Source of the DNA: Methanobacteriota archaeon
GTDB taxonomy: Archaea; Undinarchaeota; Undinarchaeia; Undinarchaeales; Undinarchaeaceae
Length of the DNA: 64,000 nt
Reading direction: 5' to 3'
NCBI GenBank assembly: GCA_002687935.1
Contig: NZBN01000007.1
Location: forward strand, 69,030 to 133,029
The notes beneath the pieces are model-generated. The model worked only from the letters and a program-made list of their open reading frames with translations, was not told where the DNA came from and did no database searches. Position 1 is the first letter of the stretch; every line of letters starts with the position of its first letter. The position numbers and the translations under genes are program-made. Of the stretch, positions 37,566 to 51,212 are shown piece after piece.

Positions 37566-37744
37566 TGCACGCTAAGGGCATATTCGCCCTTCTCCTTTAT
37601 TCCCAGTTTTTCGGCTACTACAGATTTCTCTGGGTTTATGATTATGACAAGTCCGTTCCACCTGCTTGAAAAGTCTGTTGCTCCGCAGGCGACACAAACA
37701 TTGCTTTCATTCAGTCTGCTGCAGGCTTTACATGCCTTACTCAT
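37562..37744 (-). CDS. spt4: Transcription elongation factor Spt4 (RpoE'')
   Basis: ACKACS...CVACG...WNGLVIIINPEKSVVA...GEYAL. Confidence 0.93.
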   Translation of the reverse strand: MSKACKACSRLNESNVCVACGATDFSSRWNGLVIIINPEKSVVAEKLGIKEKGEYALSVQ

Positions 37745-38325
37745 TTCTTTGCCCCCTTCTTGGGAGTTTTAACTTTCTTTTCTGTTGGTTCTTCTTTCTG
37801 ATTTATCCAGTCCAATTTTCCAAGACCTGGCTGTCTCATTGTAAGTCCTATTTTATTTTCCTTTGCCTTCTTCAGACTTATTGTAACTATTCTTGCTCTT
37901 ACCTTGTCTCCGTTTTCAAGTGTTTTCTTTGATTCCTTACCCATAAACCTCTGTCCCTTCTCATCGTAGTTCAGATAATCATCAGTTATCTGCGAAACGT
38001 GAACAAGTCCGTCAAGAGGTCCAAGTCTTACAAAGGCTCCGAACTCAACTATTTCTATTACATCCCCTTCAACGATTTCCTGAAGCTCGGGTTTGTATGT
38101 AAGTGCTCTGAAGCTGGCATTATAATATGCGGCTCCGTCTCCGGGTATAACACGACCGATTCCGTCGCTTTTTACATCAAGAACAGTGATAAGAGAGCCG
38201 ATTTCTCTGTCTAGTTTTCCTTCATACTGCTCAGCCAGAATCTTCTTTAATGTTACTTCAAGTTCCTCATTGAAGTGCTCCGCTGGAACTCTTACCATGT
38301 CCTCTATTCTTACTATTTGGTACAT
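37741..38325 (-). CDS. rpoE1: RNA polymerase subunit E' (Rpo7)
   Basis: VRVPAEHF, GRVIPGDGAAY, EFGAFVRLGPLDGLVHVSQI, IGLTMRQPGLGK. Confidence 0.96.
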   Translation of the reverse strand: MYQIVRIEDMVRVPAEHFNEELEVTLKKILAEQYEGKLDREIGSLITVLDVKSDGIGRVIPGDGAAYYNASFRALTYKPELQEIVEGDVIEIVEFGAFVRLGPLDGLVHVSQITDDYLNYDEKGQRFMGKESKKTLENGDKVRARIVTISLKKAKENKIGLTMRQPGLGKLDWINQKEEPTEKKVKTPKKGAKK

Positions 38326-40313
38326 TATATCAGTGAATGCGCAAGCACGAGCCCAATCTCAAGAAGTGCAACCATGTTGACAACCTTGATGAGGGGGTTT
38401 ATTGCAGGTCCTGCTGTATCTTTTGTTGGGTCTCCAACAGTATCTCCTACAACAGCTGCTTTGTGTGCTTCAGATCCCTTTCCTCCGTAATTTCCGTCCT
38501 CTATATACTTTTTGGCATTGTCCCATGCCGCCCCTGAACTTGTCATAAAGAGTGCTAGGAGTAGACCTGAAACAATAACTCCTACTAACATTGCTCCGAG
38601 TGTGATGGGTCCTAGAAGGAAACCGACAGCTATTGGAGCTCCAACTGCAATTACTGCAGGCAGTGCCATCTTCTTTATTGCTGCCTGTGTTACTATATCA
38701 ACACATTTTCCATATTCTGGCTTTGCAGTTCTTTTCATTATTCCCTTTATTTCTCTGAACTGCCTTCTAACTTCATTTACTATTGAGAATGCTGCCTCTC
38801 CGACTGCCTTCATCAGAAGTGAAGAGAATATGAAGGGTAGTACAGCTCCTATAAAGAGCCCAACAATCACGCGTGGGTCATTCAGACTGAATACAAATGT
38901 AGTTGATGTGTGTAGTGCTATTTCTTCTGTATATGCAGCAAACAATACAAGTGCTGCAAGAGCAGCTGAGCCAATTGCATATCCCTTTGTAACAGCCTTT
39001 GTTGTATTTCCTACTGAGTCAAGAGCGTCTGTTATGTTTCTTACTCTTGAAGGAAGGCCTGACATTTCTGCAATTCCTCCTGCATTGTCAGTTATTGGAC
39101 CATATGAATCTATAGCGACTACAATTCCTGTGAATGAAAGCATTGCCATCGCAGCTATTGCAATTCCATAAATTCCTGCTGCAGAATAGGCTATCATAAT
39201 TCCTGCAGATATTACAAGAACTGGAACAAGAGTTGCTTCAAGACCGACTGCCATACCACTTATCAAGTTTGTTGCAGCCCCTGTCTGAGATGCCTTTGCT
39301 ATGGACTGGACTGGTCTGAAATTTGCTGATGTGTAATAATCTGTTATAAACATTATTGCGAATGTAACACCGAGACCTACAAGTGAGGCAATGAAGAGTC
39401 CTATGTCATTCATCACGTACTTAGTTATTGCATAGAAAAGTACGACTGCGATTATTCCTGTTGCGATGACTCCCTTGTAGAGTGCACGCATTATATGCTT
39501 CTTGCTATCTGTTTTTACAAAGTATGTTCCTGCAATAGATGCGAAAATTCCCCCTGCACCAAGAACCATTGGATAGAGTACAGCATTTGCACCTTCAAAG
39601 AGTAGAGTTCCCAAAAGCATTGCACTTATTGCTGTTACTGCATAAGTCTCAAATAGGTCAGCTCCCATTCCTGCACAGTCTCCAACATTGTCTCCAACAT
39701 TGTCAGCTATAACTGCAGGGTTCCTTGGATCATCTTCAGGTATTCCCGCTTCAATCTTTCCGACCATGTCTGCTCCGACATCTGCGGCCTTTGTAAATAT
39801 TCCTCCGCCAACTCGGGCAAACAAACTAACTAGTGATGCTCCAAAACCAAAACCAATAAGAAGTGCAGCTTCTCCGAACCACATATAGAATCCACTGATT
39901 CCAAGAAGTCCAAGACCAACAACTGCCATTCCAGTTACTGCTCCTCCTCGGAAAGCTACTGCAAGTGCATTTTTCAATCCAGATTTTGCAGCAGATGCTG
40001 TCCGTACATTTGCGGCAACAGATATTGCCATTCCTATATATCCTGCAAGGGCGGACATAATTGCTCCGGCAACGAAGCCGACTGCGGTCTGCCAGTTAAG
40101 GAAGTAATATAATATTGGTGCTATAAGTGCTGTGAAAATTGTGATGGTTCTGTACTGTCTGTTCAGATATGCCATTGCACCCTCACTTATGGCGGATGCT
40201 ATCTCCTGCATTTTTGGAGTGCCCTTATTGCACTTCCTTACATCAAGTACAAGGTAGGCTGCAAAAAGCAATCCTGAAATCGCCGCTAGTGGTGCTACAT
40301 ATATTATGCTCAT
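38325..40313 (-). CDS. hppA: Membrane-integral pyrophosphatase, K+-independent H+-pumping type
   Basis: [53 protein letters not shown] (Lys at the K+-dependence position), [11 protein letters not shown]. Confidence 0.95.
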   Translation of the reverse strand: MSIIYVAPLAAISGLLFAAYLVLDVRKCNKGTPKMQEIASAISEGAMAYLNRQYRTITIFTALIAPILYYFLNWQTAVGFVAGAIMSALAGYIGMAISVAANVRTASAAKSGLKNALAVAFRGGAVTGMAVVGLGLLGISGFYMWFGEAALLIGFGFGASLVSLFARVGGGIFTKAADVGADMVGKIEAGIPEDDPRNPAVIADNVGDNVGDCAGMGADLFETYAVTAISAMLLGTLLFEGANAVLYPMVLGAGGIFASIAGTYFVKTDSKKHIMRALYKGVIATGIIAVVLFYAITKYVMNDIGLFIASLVGLGVTFAIMFITDYYTSANFRPVQSIAKASQTGAATNLISGMAVGLEATLVPVLVISAGIMIAYSAAGIYGIAIAAMAMLSFTGIVVAIDSYGPITDNAGGIAEMSGLPSRVRNITDALDSVGNTTKAVTKGYAIGSAALAALVLFAAYTEEIALHTSTTFVFSLNDPRVIVGLFIGAVLPFIFSSLLMKAVGEAAFSIVNEVRRQFREIKGIMKRTAKPEYGKCVDIVTQAAIKKMALPAVIAVGAPIAVGFLLGPITLGAMLVGVIVSGLLLALFMTSSGAAWDNAKKYIEDGNYGGKGSEAHKAAVVGDTVGDPTKDTAGPAINPLIKVVNMVALLEIGLVLAHSLI

Positions 40314-40374
40314 TGGTACATCTTAGTCTAAAGAACTCTTTTCTAATATTACGCGTAATATATAAGCCTTATGC

Positions 40375-40782
40375 TCAAGCCTTCGGGTGCCTCGATTTCT
40401 TGGGATATTTTTTCTGGCTGATGTAAATAGTAAGTATATTCCGTTTTTTTGCCCTGTCTCGAAGTCCGCGGTCATTGGTATATATATAGGCGCCTCGTTC
40501 CTGTGCAAAGGAAAGTATGGCACTGTCAACAGTTCTCTGTCCTTTATTGGCTTCAACGATTTTTGCTTTTTTAATTATCTGATTCAGCGCAAGTTTTGCT
40601 GCGGCCTTTGTCTGACCTCGCCCTTTCTCAGAAAGTTTTTTCACTTCTTCGACAACGAAGCTAGGAATTATAGCATCATAGCTCCCTAGGAAATGTTCAA
40701 GGTCACTGAAAATATCTCTGCCTCCTTTCTTTCCCGGAATCAGAAGGGCATTCGTATCCAGAACAACTTTATTGACTTTCAT
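40375..40782 (-). CDS. PIN-domain protein (Fcf1/VapC-like)
   Basis: VVLDTNALL...VVEE...VDSAIL...YTND; conserved position after aIF-2 gamma. Confidence 0.88.
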   Translation of the reverse strand: MKVNKVVLDTNALLIPGKKGGRDIFSDLEHFLGSYDAIIPSFVVEEVKKLSEKGRGQTKAAAKLALNQIIKKAKIVEANKGQRTVDSAILSFAQERGAYIYTNDRGLRDRAKKRNILTIYISQKKYPKKSRHPKA

Positions 40783-40818
40783 ATTGCTAATTAAGTTTGT
40801 TACTTATAAAAAATATTC

Positions 40819-42021
40819 CTATCGTACTATTCCATAGCCAATAAGTCGCCATCTTGAGCCATATCTTCTTGCTATTGTTATACGGCCTCCTGTTTCTACA
40901 CAGGCGGGGAATTTGAACTTGAATTCATACTGCCCCTTCTTTCCACCTGATTGCACTATTCCTACATTCGTTGAGGTTCCTATGTTTAGCATCAGAGGCT
41001 CGTGCTTTGAAAGTGGCTTAATTTCAAGCTCCTCTTCAGAGCCGACAGCTCTGTCCAGCAGATGAACTTCCATACTCACAGTTTTTACGGATTCAGTAAG
41101 ACTTCCCCTATTTCCGACTATTCGTCCGGCCATTTTATCTGATTTTGTCAGGCTTGGGTCCAAGCCAGTTTCAATTCCAAAAGTTCCACCCCTTTCAACT
41201 ACTTTAACTTCGTCTCCTCCTGACGTCAGCTTGATTATTTCTGTGCTTACAAATTTTCCGTCTCGGCTTGGTCCAATATCAATTTCATCTCCGACTTTTA
41301 GAACTCCTTCAACAAGAGCTCCTCCTATTACACCGCCCTTCATTTTAACCGGGTCAGAACCTGGCTTGTTTATGTCGAATGAGCGGGCAATGTACATCCT
41401 CGGTTTCTTACCTTTCTTAGATTCTGCTGTTGGAATGCTTTCTTGAATAGTTTCGATTAAAGAATCTATATTAGTTCCCAGTTCTGCTGAAACCGGTATT
41501 ATCGGGGCATTCTCGGCGACTGTACCTTTAACAAATTCCTGTATCTGTTTATAATTTTCAATAGCCTGCGCCTCTGTAACTAAGTCTATTTTATTCTGAA
41601 CAATTATTATGTTCCGTATTCCAACAATGTCGAGTGCCATTAAATGTTCCTTTGTCTGTGGCTGAGGACAGTCTTCACTTGCTGAAACAAGAAGAAGTGC
41701 TCCGTCCATAATTGAAGCTCCTGAAAGCATAGTTGCCATGAGGGTTTCGTGCCCCGGGGCGTCAACAAAACTTACTGAGCGAAGCTTAGTCGCGTTGCCC
41801 TTGCAATTTTCGTCCTTCTCCGTAGGGGTGTAAAAAACATTTCCTTTCTTATCTTTGCATTTGTAAAATGTCGCGTCGGCATACCCAAGCCGGATTGTAA
41901 TTCCTCTCTTAAGTTCCTCAGAATGTCTGTCTGTCCAGACACCTGTCAGTCTCTTTGTAAGTGTAGTTTTGCCGTGATCAACATGTCCCACAAGCCCAAT
42001 AGTAAGTTCAGGGAGCGACAC
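40819..42021 (-). CDS. eif2g: Translation initiation factor aIF-2 gamma
   Basis: GHVDHGKTT, RGITIRLGY, DAPGHE, QNKID; GTG start. Confidence 0.96.
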   Translation of the reverse strand: MSLPELTIGLVGHVDHGKTTLTKRLTGVWTDRHSEELKRGITIRLGYADATFYKCKDKKGNVFYTPTEKDENCKGNATKLRSVSFVDAPGHETLMATMLSGASIMDGALLLVSASEDCPQPQTKEHLMALDIVGIRNIIIVQNKIDLVTEAQAIENYKQIQEFVKGTVAENAPIIPVSAELGTNIDSLIETIQESIPTAESKKGKKPRMYIARSFDINKPGSDPVKMKGGVIGGALVEGVLKVGDEIDIGPSRDGKFVSTEIIKLTSGGDEVKVVERGGTFGIETGLDPSLTKSDKMAGRIVGNRGSLTESVKTVSMEVHLLDRAVGSEEELEIKPLSKHEPLMLNIGTSTNVGIVQSGGKKGQYEFKFKFPACVETGGRITIARRYGSRWRLIGYGIVR

Positions 42022-42024
42022 TAA

Positions 42025-42603
42025 TCAGCCCTCCACGGCCTTTTCGTCGCTTTCTTCCTCTGCGTTTTCTGAACTTTCTTCCTCTTTTTCCTCAGAAGCT
42101 TCTCCCGTCTTCTTTTCTTCAACGGGTGCTTTTCCTTTCTCTTCTGCTGGTTCTTCAGCCTTTTCCTCAGCTGAAGCTTTCTCAGCTTTTCCTTCAACAT
42201 TTGTCTCAGTTGCTCCTTCTTCAGCAGGCGCCTCTTCAGCCGCCGGTGCGAGAAGTTTGTCCAAAGGCTCCTTACCTTCTTTGACTATTTTTGTGTTAAG
42301 CTGAACAATATTTCCTGAAACAATGGTTCCGTGAACTCTCTTCTTTCTTCTTTCTCCCTTCCTCTTTGCTCTGAATCCTGTGCTATTTGAAAGGAGAAGT
42401 TTTCTAGAAGTGGCTCCGGAAACATCACGCCTCATTGGAGTGCCACTGGCATCTGAACCTCCAGTTATTTCAAGTTCGTATCCTGCCAGGTTCAATACTT
42501 CGCCCTTTACTGCGTCTCCTACTTTCTTCCCAGTAAAATTGCTTATATCTGTTTCAACAGAGTAAGTTTTTCCTGTCTTTGTATTCCCAATAACAACTTT
42601 CAT
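42025..42603 (-). CDS. rps6e: 30S ribosomal protein S6e with long acidic tail
   Basis: ITGGSDASGTPMRRDV, KGERRKKRVHG, QLNTKI; about 70-aa Glu/Ala tail. Confidence 0.93.
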   Translation of the reverse strand: MKVVIGNTKTGKTYSVETDISNFTGKKVGDAVKGEVLNLAGYELEITGGSDASGTPMRRDVSGATSRKLLLSNSTGFRAKRKGERRKKRVHGTIVSGNIVQLNTKIVKEGKEPLDKLLAPAAEEAPAEEGATETNVEGKAEKASAEEKAEEPAEEKGKAPVEEKKTGEASEEKEEESSENAEEESDEKAVEG

Positions 42604-42683
42604 AGTAACTCCCTAAAAGGTGGTGTACTGCTTAATAACCTTTGTGCTATTTAAGGATTGTGAGCTTGTTCGCTTTTCCCTTT

Positions 42684-44435
42684 TTACTTCTTCCTTGCTA
42701 TTTTTTCGGTTTCCTCAAGAATCGCTATATCAAAACCTGTCAAAATATCTGCCAGTTTCTCTCGCATTTCCCTTGCTTCACTCGGAGCCATTTTAACATA
42801 GAATTCATCTCCTTCAAAAATGTTCTTTCCGACAGATGCACCGTCTATCGATACCGAAACTTGATCTCCAATTATTGCTTTTTGAACAGTATCTCCCTCT
42901 TTCTGCATTTCTTTTATTGTCCCAACAGTGATTCCGTCCTGGTTCATCAGCTCACACTTAGGAGATATACTGCCTCCCAAGACTTCAAGACCAACAACTG
43001 CCGGCTTGTTCTGCCTGAATATCATACCTTTCATAAATTTGGCTTTTCCAGGGAGAGTCCTGTCTTTCAGAGCATTTTCCTTCCTTCTCTCTACTTCTTC
43101 CTTCTCCCATTCCTTATAATCATCAATGAGACTGTAAACTACTCCTCCCTCAAATACCTTTATTCCAAAGTCATAAACATCTTTATCGACTCCTGGAAGC
43201 AGTTTGACATTAAAGGCAAATATAACTGCATTTGCAGGACTCTCTTCCTTCAATGCAGCAACTTCTGTTATATCTTTCTTGGAAATTGCCCCGACTTCTG
43301 CCTTCCTCACTGATATTCCTCCTTCTGTCAGAAGTCGCACAAGAGCTTCCAATGAACCAAGTGTATCTGCCTTAACGAATGCTCCGGTTTCTCCTGTTTC
43401 AATCTGAATCTCTTCCAACTCAGACTTCACCAGATTTTTCATCTCTTCAATTCCCTCTTCATCTCGGGCTGCGTATACTGGTGAACCTGCAATTACATCT
43501 TCAAGCCCTGGTGCCGAAATTTTTACTCCTATTGCGGCTGTGACTTGGTCAACTGATTTGAATTTTTTCTCAACTCTGAGTTCTGCAAGAGGATTTGGGA
43601 GGAAAATTGCCTTAGTATTTGTAACTAAAGGCTCGTCAAGAGTTCCGACAACAATTTTGTCCCCTTTCTTTAAAGTTCCGTCATAAAGTATGACGTCCAT
43701 AGTCGTTCCGAGCCCTTCAGACTGCTTGACTTCTAGAACTGAGCCCTTGGCAGGCCTGTCTTTATGAACTTCCAACTGTTCTTCCATATACCTCTGAACC
43801 AAACCAACAAGGACCATAAGAATTTCCTTCAATCCCTCTCCTGTTTTTGCGCTGAAAGGAACTATTGCCACCTGCTTTGCAAAATCATTTACTCTGTCAT
43901 ATCGTTCCGAGCTTATGTCAGCTTTGTAGAGATTTTCAACCAAGGAGTAAAGTTTCATATCAAGATTCTGCTGAACATCTTCCTGCTGACTCTTGAATGA
44001 ATCCATAAAATTCTTCTCGGGCTGACTGTTCCATCTTGGGATTAGGTCAACCTTATTCGCGGCGACTAGGAATGGCGTTTTATAAGATTTCAGAATGCTT
44101 AGCGCCTCGTGAGTCTGGGGTTTGAAGCCCTCATTTACATCGACTACGAGAATTCCCATGTCTGATATTGAGCCTCCTCTCTTCCTGAGGTTCGTAAAAG
44201 CGGCGTGCCCCGGTGTATCTATAAACAGGAGTCCCGGAGTTTTCAGTCCATCATCTTTAAGCAGATTTCCACAGAGTTTCTTTACAACTTCCATCGGAAC
44301 TTCTGTTGCGCCGATGTGCTGCGTTATTCCTCCTGCTTCCTTTTCTGTTATAGCTGAGCCTCTAATCTTGTCTAGAAGTGATGTCTTTCCGTGGTCTATA
44401 TGGCCAAGCACCGAAACTATTGGTTGTCTAATCAT
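42684..44435 (-). CDS. infB: Translation initiation factor aIF-5B (IF-2)
   Basis: LGHIDHGKTSLLD, EAGGITQHIGA, DTPGHAAF, NKVD, KADTLGSLEAL. Confidence 0.97.
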   Translation of the reverse strand: MIRQPIVSVLGHIDHGKTSLLDKIRGSAITEKEAGGITQHIGATEVPMEVVKKLCGNLLKDDGLKTPGLLFIDTPGHAAFTNLRKRGGSISDMGILVVDVNEGFKPQTHEALSILKSYKTPFLVAANKVDLIPRWNSQPEKNFMDSFKSQQEDVQQNLDMKLYSLVENLYKADISSERYDRVNDFAKQVAIVPFSAKTGEGLKEILMVLVGLVQRYMEEQLEVHKDRPAKGSVLEVKQSEGLGTTMDVILYDGTLKKGDKIVVGTLDEPLVTNTKAIFLPNPLAELRVEKKFKSVDQVTAAIGVKISAPGLEDVIAGSPVYAARDEEGIEEMKNLVKSELEEIQIETGETGAFVKADTLGSLEALVRLLTEGGISVRKAEVGAISKKDITEVAALKEESPANAVIFAFNVKLLPGVDKDVYDFGIKVFEGGVVYSLIDDYKEWEKEEVERRKENALKDRTLPGKAKFMKGMIFRQNKPAVVGLEVLGGSISPKCELMNQDGITVGTIKEMQKEGDTVQKAIIGDQVSVSIDGASVGKNIFEGDEFYVKMAPSEAREMREKLADILTGFDIAILEETEKIARKK

Positions 44436-44517
44436 TTTACAAATCTCCTTTTCTACTGGTTTACTGGCTTAATAACCTTTATTAAAGCTTATATAGTGAC
44501 AAACTCACTCCTATATT

Positions 44518-44861
44518 GCGAGGAGCAGAAGGGCAACTAACCCGAATGGTCTAACTATTTGGGAGGAAAATCTTCCACCTTCAGCAATGCAGTCAGAAAT
44601 GACAGTCGCGAGAGCGGCTATCGCAGTCACAGAAACGAACGCCCCTGGGTTAATGCAATGACGCCTACAGCAGAGGTCGCACAGGGATACGGTGAAACGA
44701 GCTGCGGATGCGCGGGTGCAAGCCAAAAGTATTCCATTGACATGCTGATGAGGAATACGGTTCGGCGCTTAGTAGAATGTTGCCTGCTCCGTCAAAGGAG
44801 CCCGGTTGGCTAATTACAAATCATCCGGATAACAGAAGGAGATTTACTCTCTGCACCTCGC
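44518..44861 (+). ncRNA. rnpB: RNase P RNA (archaeal, about 344 nt)
   Basis: P1 GCGAGG/CCTCGC plus GCAGA/TCTGC; CR-I GAGGAAAATCTTCC pairs with CR-V ACAGAAGGAGATTTA (P4); internal ACAGAAA, GTGAAAC and GCAAG conserved motifs; TATA about 25 nt upstream. Confidence 0.92.
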
Positions 44862-44917
44862 ATCTTACTTTTCCCAGTCTGCGGATTCTTTTTATAGTCC
44901 TTCTTACTAGATGTTCT

Positions 44918-45268
44918 ATGGGAGATTGGCAGGAACTGAAGAAGAAAGTAGATGAATTTATAAAAGTGCGTGACTGGGGACAGTTCCACAATCCAAAAGA
45001 TATAGCTGTGTCAATTTCAATTGAGGCGGCCGAGCTTCTTGAGAATTTCCAATGGGTAAGGTCTGACGATGTTGAAGCACATCTTGGAAACGGCAAGCTT
45101 GCTGAAGTCAAGGACGAACTCGCAGATGTGATTATTTATTGCCTGAGTATGGCATCCGCACTTGATGTTGATTTAGAGGCATCAGTTCTTGAGAAGCTCA
45201 GGAAAAACGGGGAGAAATATCCTGTAGATAAGTCTAAGGGCAGTTACAAAAAATATAATGAGTTATAG
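44918..45268 (+). CDS. MazG-like nucleotide pyrophosphohydrolase (DCTPP1-like)
   Basis: RDWGQFHNPKDIAVSISIEAAELLENFQW...DELADV...KNGEKYP; ATG 44918. Confidence 0.9.
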   Translation: MGDWQELKKKVDEFIKVRDWGQFHNPKDIAVSISIEAAELLENFQWVRSDDVEAHLGNGKLAEVKDELADVIIYCLSMASALDVDLEASVLEKLRKNGEKYPVDKSKGSYKKYNEL

Positions 45269-45417
45269 TGCAAAAATTCTCTCTGCAGTTAAATACTCAG
45301 TTGTTTTTAATCCGTTCTGATTTTAATCATAAGAAATAGTTATATTTGGGCTATCTAAGTATCTCTAGATGAATTAAGAAAGATTATAGCTCGCGCTATT
45401 TTTTATAAAAATAAAGA

Positions 45418-48441
<3,024 letters not shown>

Positions 48442-48550
48442 ACGCAGCAATTGCTGCTCTTAGCATAAGGACCCTTCATCGGAGAGAGGGATCTATCCAT
48501 CTCCTGGGTGCCTCTTAGCTCCTCGACACTTGTCTTGGAGCCGCACTACA

Positions 48551-48625
48551 TGGACTCGGCGTGATTTGAACACGCGGCCTCCTGCTTGCAAAGCAGGCGC
48601 TCTAGCCGGGCTGAGCTACGAGCCC
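48551..48625 (-). tRNA. tRNA-Ala(TGC) in the 16S-23S spacer
   Basis: GGGCTCG/CGAGTCC acceptor; CCTGC-TTTGCAA-GCAGG anticodon arm. Confidence 0.96.
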
Positions 48626-48663
48626 TTTATCCGGCTTGTTCCGACCACACGAGCCGGTTATTT

Positions 48664-50210
<1,547 letters not shown>

Positions 50211-50435
50211 GATCAGATACCAATACTAAGTATTAGTCCTCATGATAAGCAAGCTACAATAAACTGTCTAAGGAAGTATAGATTCGATCACTCCTCCCAA
50301 AGCAATCATTGCAGCCGCTATCTATTTAGCCATACTTTGTAGAGGGCTAAGCTCAAATTAAATTGAGCGACTTATTGAATGCCCGAGCCACTATATATAG
50401 TTTATTAGAATTTTCCAAATTTCCTTAAAATAAAA

Positions 50436-50566
50436 TGCGGGGAGTAGGATTCGAACCTACGAAGGCACTAAGCCACATGGTGTCTTATCATCACGTCCTG
50501 CGACGTTCATCGCTCAAGACTGTGTGATCTTGAGCCATGCCCATTTGACCGCTCTGGAATCCCCGC
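50436..50566 (-). tRNA. tRNA-Leu(CAA) with 47-nt intron at 37/38
   Basis: GCGGGGA/TCCCCGC acceptor, CATGG/CCATG anticodon stem, CTCAAG|A loop, long variable arm GGC-TTAGT-GCC, GGTTCGAATCC; BHB bulges AGA and ACA around CUCA/UAAG (one C.A mismatch). Confidence 0.93.
50482..50528 (-). ncRNA. tRNA-Leu intron; candidate minimal box C/D guide RNA for Cm34
   Basis: Intron ATCACACA-GTCTTGAGC-G-ATGA-ACGTCGCAGGAC-GTGATGA-TAAGAC: 9-nt antisense to tRNA G31-C39, D-like AUGA, exact box C GUGAUGA. Confidence 0.65.
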
Positions 50567-50601
50567 ATCGGCAAGTTTCACTTCTTTTCGGTAACTTGCA
50601 A

Positions 50602-50673
50602 TGCGCCGACCGGGACTCGAACCCGGGTTACGAGCTTGGAAGGCTCGGGTCATAGCCACTAGACCACCGGCGC
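50602..50673 (-). tRNA. tRNA-Gly(TCC)
   Basis: GCGCCGG/TCGGCGC acceptor; CGAGC-CTTCCAA-GCTCG anticodon arm. Confidence 0.96.
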
Positions 50674-50720
50674 ATAAGTGTTTCTTTTGAAACAATCTTC
50701 AAGAAGCTATTAAAGAGTTT

Positions 50721-51113
50721 CTATTCTCTAGTGTTTCCAAACTCTTCCAGAATCTTGTCAAGGTCCAAGCCCTCTTCATGATTCAGAGAAAGTGGCATCT
50801 TTCCGTAATAGGGAATAAGATGTACATGTGTGTGCGGAACTTCTTCACCCATCAGAAGAACAAAAATCTTCTCAGCTCCGAAAGATTCCTTCATTTTCTT
50901 TCCGACTTCTTGGACAGCTCCGAAAAGCTCCTTCTCAGAGTCCCTTGCCATATCCAAAAAACTCTCAGAATGTTCCTTCGGTATAACAAGCGCGTGTCCC
51001 CTGGAAGCCGGTCGGATATCCAAAAATGCAATGTGGCTCCCATCCTCCCACAGCCGCTTTGCCGGTATGTCACCGGCTGCAATCTTACAGAATATGCAGT
51101 TTTCAGTAGCCAT
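50721..51113 (-). CDS. HIT family hydrolase
   Basis: CIFCKIAAGDIP, AFLDIRP, GHALVIPKEH, VPHTHVHLIP. Confidence 0.93.
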   Translation of the reverse strand: MATENCIFCKIAAGDIPAKRLWEDGSHIAFLDIRPASRGHALVIPKEHSESFLDMARDSEKELFGAVQEVGKKMKESFGAEKIFVLLMGEEVPHTHVHLIPYYGKMPLSLNHEEGLDLDKILEEFGNTRE

Positions 51114-51212
51114 TCTGGAAACTCTTAGAGTTCTCTGTCATTTAAAAAGCTTTCTTTTTCCCCAGTTTCGCGGGATTCGTGTTAAATAGCTTTTCTTGAC
51201 ATTAATAATATT

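Noticed and set aside
38325-40313. Na+-pumping PPase
   Set aside because: GNTTKA indicates the K+-independent clade; characterised Na+-PPases are K+-dependent (Ala at this site).
42642-43313. 223-aa + strand ORF
   Set aside because: Antisense shadow of infB with no recognisable motifs; same reasoning for 21413..22069, 58905..59525, 5686..6222, 55108..55650 and similar.
44511-44917. ORFs 44511..44726, 44559..44813 and the N-terminal extension of 44777..45268
   Set aside because: They overlap the RNase P RNA; the MazG-like protein starts at ATG 44918.
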